A DNA stretch of 61,303 nt from Salinivirgaceae bacterium (GTDB lineage: Bacteria; Bacteroidota; Bacteroidia; Bacteroidales; SZUA-534), in the NCBI GenBank assembly GCA_024405635.1, contig JAKSOL010000017.1, forward strand, positions 1 through 61,303. The letters run 5' to 3'. A model generated the notes under the pieces. It saw nothing but the letters and a program-made list of their open reading frames with translations, was not told where the DNA came from and did not search any database. Shown here in pieces: positions 9,315-18,244 of the stretch (position 1 is its first letter; each line of letters opens with the position of its first letter). Made by a program: the position numbers and the translations under genes.

Positions 9315-11735
9315 ATGATACTACGCAAACCATTTATTGCCCTTGGCTTGATTATGGCCACAATGGCAACCAATGCGCAAACAATTACTTTTTATTCGCA
9401 ATCGACAGTGCGTGTCACAAAAAATGCTCCTGACATGAGCCAAAATATTGACCTGCCGCTAGTAGTTAAAACACATTGTTTGGAACAAAAAATACCCGTA
9501 AAAAAAGAGGGAAACATTGCTACATATACATCGGCAAAGCTTGTGGTAAAAGTTGATGAGGAAAAACAAACAGTAAGTTTTTACGACAAAAATGGGAACC
9601 TACTAATGAAAGAAGGCGAACATAGTTTTACGCCTATTACTGACGGGCCAGACAAAGGTAGATACAAAGTACGGCAAGACTTTGCCATTGATGCCAACGA
9701 ACCTATATACGGCATTGGCATGATGCAAAATGGCAAAATGAATTTGCGCGGCGAGAATCGCCTTATGATACAAACCAACCTTGAAGACTTTGCAAACGTA
9801 TTTCAAAGCATAAAAGGCTACGGTATATATTGGGACAACTACTCACCCACTCAACTAACCGATAGTAATGCGCTGTCGCTTGAATCGCAAGTGGGCACAA
9901 AAGTAGATTACTATTTTATGTATGGCGAAAATGCCGATGGCGTGATACGCGAAATGCGTCACCTAACTGGCAAAGTACCAATGCTTCCGTTGTGGACTTA
10001 TGGTTTTCACCAAAGTCGCGAGCGCTACAAAAGTTCAAAAGAACTGCTTGAAGTGGTTGATACCTACCGCAAAACAGGCGTTCCTTTTGACGGAATAATA
10101 CAAGACTGGCAATATTGGGGCAACAACTACCTCTGGAACGCAATGGAATTCTTAAACGAAGATTTTGCCAACTACAAACAAATGATTAACCACGTGCACT
10201 CTGCCAATGCACACATGAGCATAAGCATTTGGGCAAGTTTTGGACCAAACACTAAAGGATACCGAAGCCTTGCCGAAAAAGACCTTCTTTATAGCTTTCA
10301 AACTTGGCCAATGAGTGGGCTTTCGGCTTGGCCACCCAATATGGACTACCCAAGCGGCGTGCGTTGCTACGATCCTTACAGCAAAGTTGCTCGCGACATT
10401 TATTGGGACAATCTTAAACGACTTCATGCCGCAGGCATCGATGCTTGGTGGATGGACTCAACCGACCCCGACCATCTTTATTGGCCCGATAGCGATTTAG
10501 ACGAAGTTAAAGCCATCACCAATCCAGCCGACGGCAAAGACTTTATGGGATCATGGCGAATGGTACGTAACGCATTCCCACTTTGCACCGTTGAAGGCGT
10601 GTACGAAAAACAACGTGCCTCAGACGACAGCAAACGTGTTTTTATTCTTACCCGAAGTTATTTCGCTGGGCAACAGCGCACTGGAGCTAACACTTGGAGT
10701 GGCGATGTAAGTTCGTCGTGGGACTCGTTCCGCAAACAAGTGCCCATTTGCCTCAACTATACACTAACCGCCAACCCAAATGTTAATACCGACATTGGAG
10801 GGTTCTTTGCCAATGCTTACAACAAAACATCGCAAGACAACACAGCTACTCAAAACCCTTTGTATCAAGAACTTTACGTTCGTTGGATGCAGTTTGGCGC
10901 TTTTACACCAATGATGCGCAGCCACGGCACCGAAGTTTACCGTGAAATTTACCATTACGGAAAACTTGGCGAACCTGTTTACGATGCGCTACTTGCAGCT
11001 ATCAAATTGCGTTACAAACTTTTGCCATACATATACAGCACAAGTTGGCAAGTAAGCCAAAACGACGACTCGTTTATGCGTGCTTTGATGATGGACTTTA
11101 AAGCAGATACTAACGTTTGGGACAACAACCGCGAATATATGTTTGGTCGCTCGATTCTTGTTGCACCTATTGTAAACGCTCTTTATACACCCGAAACCGC
11201 CAACGAAACCAATGAAATGAGCGGATGGAACCGAGACAACAAAACTCTATTTCAAGAAGGATTTAAAGCCGATTGGAATGCTCAAAAAAACTACAATGTT
11301 TATCTTCCCAAAGGAGCATCGTGGTACGACTATTGGACAAACACTAAACACGAAGGAGGTCAAACCGTGGCAGCCGATGGCACTTTGGCTCATTGTCCAT
11401 TATATGTAAAGGCCGGGAGCATATTGCCAATTTGCAACAAAGAAATTCAGTATTCAAACATAGCCGACTGGGCCGAAATGGACATTGTTGTTTATCCTGG
11501 AGCCGATGCATCGTTTACACTTTACGAGGACGAAGGCGATAATTATAACTATGAAAAAGGCCAATACTCAACTATTGACATTAAGTGGAACGACAAAAAA
11601 CAAACTCTTACCATTGGCAAACGAAATGGTCAATTCAATGGAATGATTGGCGAACGAAAATTCAATGTAAGGCTTAACAACGGCTCGGTTAAAACCATAA
11701 ACTACAATGGATTAGCAAAAACAATAAAACTTTAA
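9315..11735 (+). CDS. Glycoside hydrolase family 31 (alpha-xylosidase-like), secreted
   Basis: IIQDWQYW, nucleophile motif WWMDSTDP, WSGD acid/base, TDIGGF and C-terminal LYEDEGDNYNYEKG. Signal peptide ending NAQ favours ATG 9315. Confidence 0.9.
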   Translation: MILRKPFIALGLIMATMATNAQTITFYSQSTVRVTKNAPDMSQNIDLPLVVKTHCLEQKIPVKKEGNIATYTSAKLVVKVDEEKQTVSFYDKNGNLLMKEGEHSFTPITDGPDKGRYKVRQDFAIDANEPIYGIGMMQNGKMNLRGENRLMIQTNLEDFANVFQSIKGYGIYWDNYSPTQLTDSNALSLESQVGTKVDYYFMYGENADGVIREMRHLTGKVPMLPLWTYGFHQSRERYKSSKELLEVVDTYRKTGVPFDGIIQDWQYWGNNYLWNAMEFLNEDFANYKQMINHVHSANAHMSISIWASFGPNTKGYRSLAEKDLLYSFQTWPMSGLSAWPPNMDYPSGVRCYDPYSKVARDIYWDNLKRLHAAGIDAWWMDSTDPDHLYWPDSDLDEVKAITNPADGKDFMGSWRMVRNAFPLCTVEGVYEKQRASDDSKRVFILTRSYFAGQQRTGANTWSGDVSSSWDSFRKQVPICLNYTLTANPNVNTDIGGFFANAYNKTSQDNTATQNPLYQELYVRWMQFGAFTPMMRSHGTEVYREIYHYGKLGEPVYDALLAAIKLRYKLLPYIYSTSWQVSQNDDSFMRALMMDFKADTNVWDNNREYMFGRSILVAPIVNALYTPETANETNEMSGWNRDNKTLFQEGFKADWNAQKNYNVYLPKGASWYDYWTNTKHEGGQTVAADGTLAHCPLYVKAGSILPICNKEIQYSNIADWAEMDIVVYPGADASFTLYEDEGDNYNYEKGQYSTIDIKWNDKKQTLTIGKRNGQFNGMIGERKFNVRLNNGSVKTINYNGLAKTIKL

Positions 11736-11766
11736 ATTGAAATAAAACATCAAACAAAACTGGTAT

Positions 11767-14205
11767 ATGAAGAAACTAACATCGCTACTTATTCTTGCAT
11801 GCGCATTTGCAAGTGTAACTGCTCAAAACAAATTGTATCCAAACGAATTTCCACTGAGCGACATCAAACTGCTTGATGGTCCGTTGAAACATGCACAAGA
11901 CCTCAATGCTCACACTCTTTTAAGATATGACGTTGACCGACTTCTCGCACCTTTTCGCAAAGAGGCAGGTTTAAAAGAAATTGCTCCATTATTTCCCAAC
12001 TGGGCAGGACTCGATGGGCACGTTGGTGGACATTATTTGAGTGCACTATCCATGTATGCCGCCATGGGCAACAAGGAATGCGAAGAGCGCATGCTTTACA
12101 TGATTAACGAACTCAAACTCTGCATGGAAGCTGCCGAAAAAAACTACCCTGACTGGGGCAAAGGCTATCTTGGCGGTGTACCAAACAGCGACAAGATGTG
12201 GTCGGACTTCAAGAAAGGAGATTTCCACGTATTCAACAGCGCATGGGTGCCATTCTACAACCTCCACAAGATAGAGGCCGGACTGCGCGACGCATGGCTA
12301 TACTGCGGCAACGAAGATGCCCGTAAACTCTTTTTGGCAACATGCAACTGGCTCATCGACATAGCAGCCAACGTGAGTGACGAAAAATTGGAGGAACTAC
12401 TTGGTATGGAGCATGGCGGTGTAAACGAGGTGCTTGCCGATGCCTACCAGATGACCGGTGACAAGAAATATCTGGATGCAGCAAAGCGCTACTCACACAA
12501 ATGGTTGCTCAATCCGATGAAGGAGCACAACGGCAAGCACCTCGACCTGATTCACGCCAACACACAGGTGCCAAAGGTTGTAGGCTTTGCACGCGTAGGC
12601 GAATTGGCAAACAATGAGACCTACAAAGAGGGAGCCCGATTCTTTTGGGACGAAGTTGTCAACCGCCGTTCTCTCTCTGTAGGCGGAAACAGCCGTCGCG
12701 AGCATTTCCCAAGCGTTGAAGCATGCATCGACTGGACACAAGACATTGATGGTCTGGAGTCGTGCAACACAAACAACATGTTGAAACTTACTGAGGACCT
12801 GTTTCGCATGGACGTCAACAATGCTATGTTGGCCGATTATTATGAGCGAGCAACATTTAACCACATACTTTCGACACAGCACCCTGAGCATGGCGGTTAT
12901 GTATATTTCACCTCGGCACGTCCACGTCACTACCGCAACTACTCGGTACCTAACGAGGCTATGTGGTGCTGCGTTGGCACAGGCATGGAGAACCATGGCA
13001 AGTATGGCCAATTCATCTACACACACAACTTTGTTCCCTTCCGTTCTCAGGATATCCACGACGGCATCAAACTCAGACCAAATCCATACGACACTCTAAC
13101 GGTTAACCTATATGCCGCATCGGAACTCAACTGGCGACAAAAGGGAATAACCTTGCGTCAGGAGACACAGTTTCCATACGGCGAGTCGAGCAAGATAACA
13201 CTGACCAACGGCAAGGGTAGTTTTGCTCTCAGATTGCGCAAGCCATCGTGGACCAACGACTTCAAGGTAATTGTAAACGGGAAAGAATGTATAGCAGACA
13301 AATCGAACGAGGCGAAATATGTCACCATTGACCGAACATGGAAGAAGGGCGATGTGATTGAAATACAATTCCCTATGCATGCTTCGATTGAGCACATGCC
13401 AAACGTGCCTCAATACATATCTATAATGTATGGTCCGATAGCTCTTGGAATGAAAACTGGTACCGAAGATCTCGCACTATTACTTTCTGACGATAGCCGA
13501 TTTGGACAAATGGCAGTTGGCAAGAAACTTCCTGTAGATGAAGCACCATATCTAATTGCCAATAAAGTGGACGACATTGCCAACGACCTTGAACCTATTG
13601 CTGGCAAGCCTTTGCACTTTAATCTTAAAACTCGCATGGAAAACAAGATTGAAGGCGAATTGCAACCATTCTTTGAGATACACGACAGCCGATACATGCT
13701 CTATTGGCTTGCCCTCAGCACCGACGGCTACAAAGATTACATGGAGAACCTAGCTCGTGAGGAGAAGGCTCGAATGGAACTTGAGGCGCAGACAACCGAC
13801 AAAGTGCAGCCAGGCGAGCAACAACCAGAAAGTGACCATTTTATGGAAGCCGACGAAACATCGACCAAAGGTGTAACCAACGATGTACCTTTCCGCGATG
13901 CTCGTAACGGTGGCTCATTCAGCTACCTGATGCAAACACAGGGACTTACCAACCTTAGCATACGCATACGTTATTGGGGACAAGACGAATGGAGAACATG
14001 CGAGTATGACCTTTATGTTGACGATGTTCTTGTAACCTCGGTTAACAACAGCAAAAAATGGCGTAGCTCACAATGGAAATATGAAACATACAACATTCCA
14101 GAAAATGCTCTGAAAGGTAAAACTCAGGTACGTGTAAAATTTGTTGCAAAACCTTACCGACAAGTTGGTGAGATTTACGAAGTGCGATTGGTGAAACAAA
14201 ACTAA
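11767..14205 (+). CDS. GH127/GH146 beta-L-arabinofuranosidase-family glycosidase, secreted
   Basis: Motifs GHVGGHYLSA, PFYNLHK, EHGGVNE, HANTQVPK, ESCNTNN and WCCVGTG. Signal peptide ending TAQ. Confidence 0.88.
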   Translation: MKKLTSLLILACAFASVTAQNKLYPNEFPLSDIKLLDGPLKHAQDLNAHTLLRYDVDRLLAPFRKEAGLKEIAPLFPNWAGLDGHVGGHYLSALSMYAAMGNKECEERMLYMINELKLCMEAAEKNYPDWGKGYLGGVPNSDKMWSDFKKGDFHVFNSAWVPFYNLHKIEAGLRDAWLYCGNEDARKLFLATCNWLIDIAANVSDEKLEELLGMEHGGVNEVLADAYQMTGDKKYLDAAKRYSHKWLLNPMKEHNGKHLDLIHANTQVPKVVGFARVGELANNETYKEGARFFWDEVVNRRSLSVGGNSRREHFPSVEACIDWTQDIDGLESCNTNNMLKLTEDLFRMDVNNAMLADYYERATFNHILSTQHPEHGGYVYFTSARPRHYRNYSVPNEAMWCCVGTGMENHGKYGQFIYTHNFVPFRSQDIHDGIKLRPNPYDTLTVNLYAASELNWRQKGITLRQETQFPYGESSKITLTNGKGSFALRLRKPSWTNDFKVIVNGKECIADKSNEAKYVTIDRTWKKGDVIEIQFPMHASIEHMPNVPQYISIMYGPIALGMKTGTEDLALLLSDDSRFGQMAVGKKLPVDEAPYLIANKVDDIANDLEPIAGKPLHFNLKTRMENKIEGELQPFFEIHDSRYMLYWLALSTDGYKDYMENLAREEKARMELEAQTTDKVQPGEQQPESDHFMEADETSTKGVTNDVPFRDARNGGSFSYLMQTQGLTNLSIRIRYWGQDEWRTCEYDLYVDDVLVTSVNNSKKWRSSQWKYETYNIPENALKGKTQVRVKFVAKPYRQVGEIYEVRLVKQN

Positions 14206-14222
14206 TAGGCATACAATACAAT

Positions 14223-14258
14223 AAAAAAGCCGTTTCCAAATTTGGGAACGGCTTTTTT
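14223..14258. terminator. Bidirectional rho-independent terminator
   Basis: AAAAAAGCCGTTTCCAAATTTGGGAACGGCTTTTTT. Confidence 0.85.
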
Positions 14259-14276
14259 CATGTCTATTTGTATCTC

Positions 14277-14391
14277 TTACATCTGACTCGGTTTTAGTTT
14301 TTTCTCCATTTGAACTTTAAGAGCATCTATTTCTTGTTGTTGCTTATCAATAGTTAACTGCAAAATCGTCTTTTTCGGCATTGAAACAATA
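14277..14391 (-). pseudogene. Remnant of the 3' end of an S74-domain fibre gene
   Basis: 14371-14391 is identical (21 nt, YCFNAEK) to 18500-18520 in the S74 domain. The next frame reads LQLTIDKQQQEIDALKVQME, resembling the S74 terminal coiled coil. Confidence 0.6.
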
Positions 14392-14496
14392 AAGCGAAAA
14401 TCATAATAAAAAGCCAAAAGCACTAGGTGATATAAGCAAGGTGCTATTATCAAATAACACTAATCACTAGTTATATTTGCCAAAAAAAAATAGAAT

Positions 14497-15334
14497 AATG
14501 ATGCATCCGCAAAACATGGACAAAGTATCGGGCCACATGGTGAACTCTTTTACAATTCGCCGACTTGACGAGCATTGCTACAAAATGAATAGCCCTACTC
14601 CCATGATGCGATCGTTTGCTAATTGTTTCATTTTTCTAACACGCGGCGAAGTACTTGTTGAGAGCAACGGCAAAAATCTTTTGATAAAAGCCAACGATTT
14701 TATGTTTATTCCACAAAGTGTTCCATTTGCTGTAAAATACTACAACAGCAGTATAGGCTATATGGGCGGATTCAGCAATTCGTACTTTGTAAACAGCAAT
14801 GAATTAAGTCAAATGGATTTAATGCATAGCACTGAACCAATAAAAAAATGTATTTCAGATAAAGATGTTCCGTTTTTTGATTTAACCATGAATAAGTTGC
14901 TTGATGAGATTAACGCAGGCAACATTGAATCAAAATTTACCCAAAACCTTGCACTTACAATGCTTACATTTATAAGCAAACCTGTAGGAGTAGCACTTCA
15001 ACCCGAATTTGACAACATCAGCAACAATTTTTTAAAACTAATATTTGACAACACTAAGCCTATACTGTCAATACAAGAATATGCCGATATTTTTAGTGTA
15101 ACACCCAATCACCTAAATAAGGTTATCAAAAAAAGCACACAACGCCCAATTTCGCATTGGATTGAAGAGTCCATAATAATGAGGTCGAAAGTACTACTAC
15201 GCGATACCAATATGAGCATATACGACATTGCTCAAGCCCTAAACATTATGGACCAATCGTACTTTTCGCGAAAATTTAAGAAACACGAGGGGATATCGCC
15301 ATTATCTTATAGAGTAAGGAATAAAAAGTCCTAA
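14497..15334 (+). CDS. AraC-family transcriptional regulator
   Basis: C-terminal double HTH (YADIFSVTPNHL..., IAQALNIMDQSYFSRKFKKHEGISP). A TATATTTG -7 box at 14472-14479 overlaps the track's TTG start, so ATG 14497 is preferred. Confidence 0.9.
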
Positions 15335-15393
15335 TTTTTGCTTGTTTAGTCCTAACCTGCTCTTTACCTATAATATACTTTTGCGCCGTTTTT

Positions 15394-17658
15394 ATGGCGT
15401 ATAAAATGGCAAGAATCATATCAATTATTGCGATTATACTTTGCACAATATGCATAAATGTGCATGCGCAAACCAAAATCAGCCTTGACGAAATTTCTGT
15501 TGTAGCATCTGTAAAAGATAGCAAGCCAGTTAGCGAGCAACCTGTAGCTTCAAATTTGCTAAGCTTTACCCAAATTGAACAGCAACAAATAACCGAAGTA
15601 AAAAACGTTTCGGCCTACATACCAAACTTTTACATTCCCGACTATGGTTCAAAAATGACATCGTCGATTTACATTCGGGGATTAGGAGCCCGAATAGATC
15701 AACCTGTGATGGGCATGAATGTTGACAATGTGGCTTATTTGAACAAAAATAATTTTGATTTTGATTTGTTTGACTTGAGCCGAATTGAAGTTCTGCGCGG
15801 CCCACAAGGCACTTTATATGGGCGTAATACCATGTGCGGACTAATGAACGTTTACACACTATCGCCAATTAACTACCAAGGTACAAGATTGGCCATTGAT
15901 TATGGCTCGGGAAACGAATTACAAGCAAAAGTATCAACCTACATTATGGCAAATAACAAGCTAGGTCTTTCAGTTGCTGCCAACTATAAACATAGCGATG
16001 GTCTGTTTTGCAATACTTATAATAATAGCCAATGCGACAAATACAATGGTGGCGGATTGCGTTTGCGAACAGTATATATGCCAACAACCAATTTTACTAT
16101 TGACAACTCAATAAACGTTAGTTTGCTACAACAAGGTGGATATGCTTATGCGCAGTACAACGATTCGCTAAAACACAAATTGCCCATTTGCTACAACGAC
16201 TCTTGCCTATATTATCGAACTTCAATAATAGACGGACTAAACATTAAATACAAAGCCAATAGCTTTTCGCTATCAAACATAATTAGTTACCAGTTTTTGG
16301 ATGACAAAATGATTCTTGACCAAGATTTTAGCCCCTTAAATTTGTTCACCTTAACACAAAAGCAAAAGGAACATGCTATTACTCAAGATATTATAATTAA
16401 ATCGACCAACAATAGTGATTGGAAATGGCAGTTTGGACTATGGGGATTTTACAAGCATAACAACATGCTTGCCCCAGTAACATTTAAACGCGACGGCATT
16501 GTACAACTTATTCTTGCCAATGCTAACAAGGGCATACAAAAAATGTTTCCTAACGATAGTTTGGATATTAAAGAGTCGGTATTTGACATTACAAGCAGCT
16601 TTGCTTTGCCAACAATGGGAGCTGCCATTTATCATCAATCGGAACTCGAATTTGGCAAATTTACGGTTACCGCTGGGTTGCGCTATGACTTAGAGCACAG
16701 CCAAATGAAGTATAACAATCAGGCGCTTTTAAACTATATTTTCACTTTTACAATGAGCGACTACAAGCCGTTGATTTCCAATATGAAAGGCAAAGAAAAA
16801 CTAACTTTTACACAACTATTGCCAAAGCTTGCTCTACAATATAGCATAAATAGCAAAAACAGTTTATATGCCTATGTTGCAAAGGGTTACAAAGTTGGAG
16901 GTTTCAATACTCAAATTTTTTCCGACATATTGCAGAATAAAATTAAAAACAACATGATGGCTGCCCTGGGTGTGCACCTTGACAATGGAAACGAAGTAAC
17001 ATACAATTCGGCAAAAGCAACATCATACAAACCCGAGCAAAGTATAAATTACGAATTGGGAGGCCACTTTTGCGCAAACAACATTAACCTTTCGGCAAAT
17101 GTTGCGCTATTTTACATAAACTGCTTTAACCAACAACTCACAGTATTTCCGACTGGAATGAATACTGGCCGAATGATGACTAATGCAGGGCAATCGCGTA
17201 GCTTGGGGGCCGAATTAGACGTTAAATATCACATTAGCAACTTGAGCTTATCGCTCGCCTTTGGATATACCAACGCTAAATTTGTTGAGTACAACAACGG
17301 TAACACCAATTTTTCTGGCAATTTTGTTCCATACTCGCCACAAAACACAGCATCGGCAAGTGCTTGGTACACATTTTACCTAAGCGGAAATGTGGTTGAC
17401 CAAATTGCAATTGAAGCTAACTGGAAAGGCATTGGCAAAATTTATTGGGACGAGTTAAACTCTATCTGCCAGCCATTTTATTCACTATTTGGTTCTTCAG
17501 TGTCGGTAAGCCGTAAAAATGCCGAATTAAATTTATGGTGCCGAAACTTGTTGAACTGCAGCTATGACACGTTTTACTTTATGTCGGTTAGCAAAAAGTT
17601 TTTTCAAAGTGGCAAACCTCGCACTTTTGGAGTATCAATTAAGTACAATATCAATTAA
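15394..17658 (+). CDS. TonB-dependent outer-membrane receptor (non-SusC type)
   Basis: TonB-box-like LDEISVVA, plug motif RIEVLRGPQGTLYGRN and C-terminal GKPRTFGVSIKYNI. TACTTTTG -7 box at 15376-15383. Confidence 0.92.
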   Translation: MAYKMARIISIIAIILCTICINVHAQTKISLDEISVVASVKDSKPVSEQPVASNLLSFTQIEQQQITEVKNVSAYIPNFYIPDYGSKMTSSIYIRGLGARIDQPVMGMNVDNVAYLNKNNFDFDLFDLSRIEVLRGPQGTLYGRNTMCGLMNVYTLSPINYQGTRLAIDYGSGNELQAKVSTYIMANNKLGLSVAANYKHSDGLFCNTYNNSQCDKYNGGGLRLRTVYMPTTNFTIDNSINVSLLQQGGYAYAQYNDSLKHKLPICYNDSCLYYRTSIIDGLNIKYKANSFSLSNIISYQFLDDKMILDQDFSPLNLFTLTQKQKEHAITQDIIIKSTNNSDWKWQFGLWGFYKHNNMLAPVTFKRDGIVQLILANANKGIQKMFPNDSLDIKESVFDITSSFALPTMGAAIYHQSELEFGKFTVTAGLRYDLEHSQMKYNNQALLNYIFTFTMSDYKPLISNMKGKEKLTFTQLLPKLALQYSINSKNSLYAYVAKGYKVGGFNTQIFSDILQNKIKNNMMAALGVHLDNGNEVTYNSAKATSYKPEQSINYELGGHFCANNINLSANVALFYINCFNQQLTVFPTGMNTGRMMTNAGQSRSLGAELDVKYHISNLSLSLAFGYTNAKFVEYNNGNTNFSGNFVPYSPQNTASASAWYTFYLSGNVVDQIAIEANWKGIGKIYWDELNSICQPFYSLFGSSVSVSRKNAELNLWCRNLLNCSYDTFYFMSVSKKFFQSGKPRTFGVSIKYNIN

Positions 17659-17693
17659 CATTTTTAATATCAATAACTTAATTTAAAGTAAAC

Positions 17694-18167
17694 ATGAAAA
17701 AGTTTTTTCTTTCATTGGTTGCCTTTTCAACATTGGCTCTAGTTTTTTGCTCATGTGATAACGAAGAAGAGGATAACAACCCAATAAAAACGGAGCAACA
17801 AAACAACGACTCAACATCATTTGTTGGCCAACTATCTGTTACCTTTCAAGGCAATGATTTTATAACTGACGATACAAAAGTGTCGGCTCTTTTAAAAGGC
17901 AATGCTATTTCGCTTTACTTTTTTGGTGTAAAATTTGTGCCACAAATGCCTGTTACTATTGACCTTGTTGTGGCCGATATTGCTTGTAGCACAACCAACG
18001 GAATAGTTGAATTTCAAGGTGACAAAATTATCCCAACTATGGCAGGTGCTCCATACAAACAATATGTTGCCGAAGACATTAAAGGCACTATAAAAGACGG
18101 CACCATCAACTTTAGCCTGACTTTTGGCGGAATTCCTACTAAGTATAGTGGCGTTGTTGTAAAATAA
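17694..18167 (+). CDS. Lipoprotein, probable calycin-like beta-barrel
   Basis: Lipobox FCSC followed by acidic DNEEED (surface export signal-like). Beta-rich body with VKFVPQMPVTID. Confidence 0.7.
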   Translation: MKKFFLSLVAFSTLALVFCSCDNEEEDNNPIKTEQQNNDSTSFVGQLSVTFQGNDFITDDTKVSALLKGNAISLYFFGVKFVPQMPVTIDLVVADIACSTTNGIVEFQGDKIIPTMAGAPYKQYVAEDIKGTIKDGTINFSLTFGGIPTKYSGVVVK

Positions 18168-18190
18168 TTAAGTTGCTCATTACTAAAAAC

Positions 18191-18223
18191 AAAAGCGCGT
18201 TTCCAAAATGGAAGCGCGCTTTT
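18191..18223. terminator. Bidirectional terminator between convergent genes
   Basis: AAAAGCGCGTTTCCAAAATGGAAGCGCGCTTTT. Confidence 0.85.
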
Positions 18224-18244
18224 ATTTTATGCAAAAACTATTAT

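Noticed and set aside
12493-13059. 188-aa minus-strand ORF and other short overlapping ORFs in the track
   Set aside because: They lie antisense or out of frame within well-supported genes and have no recognisable motifs.
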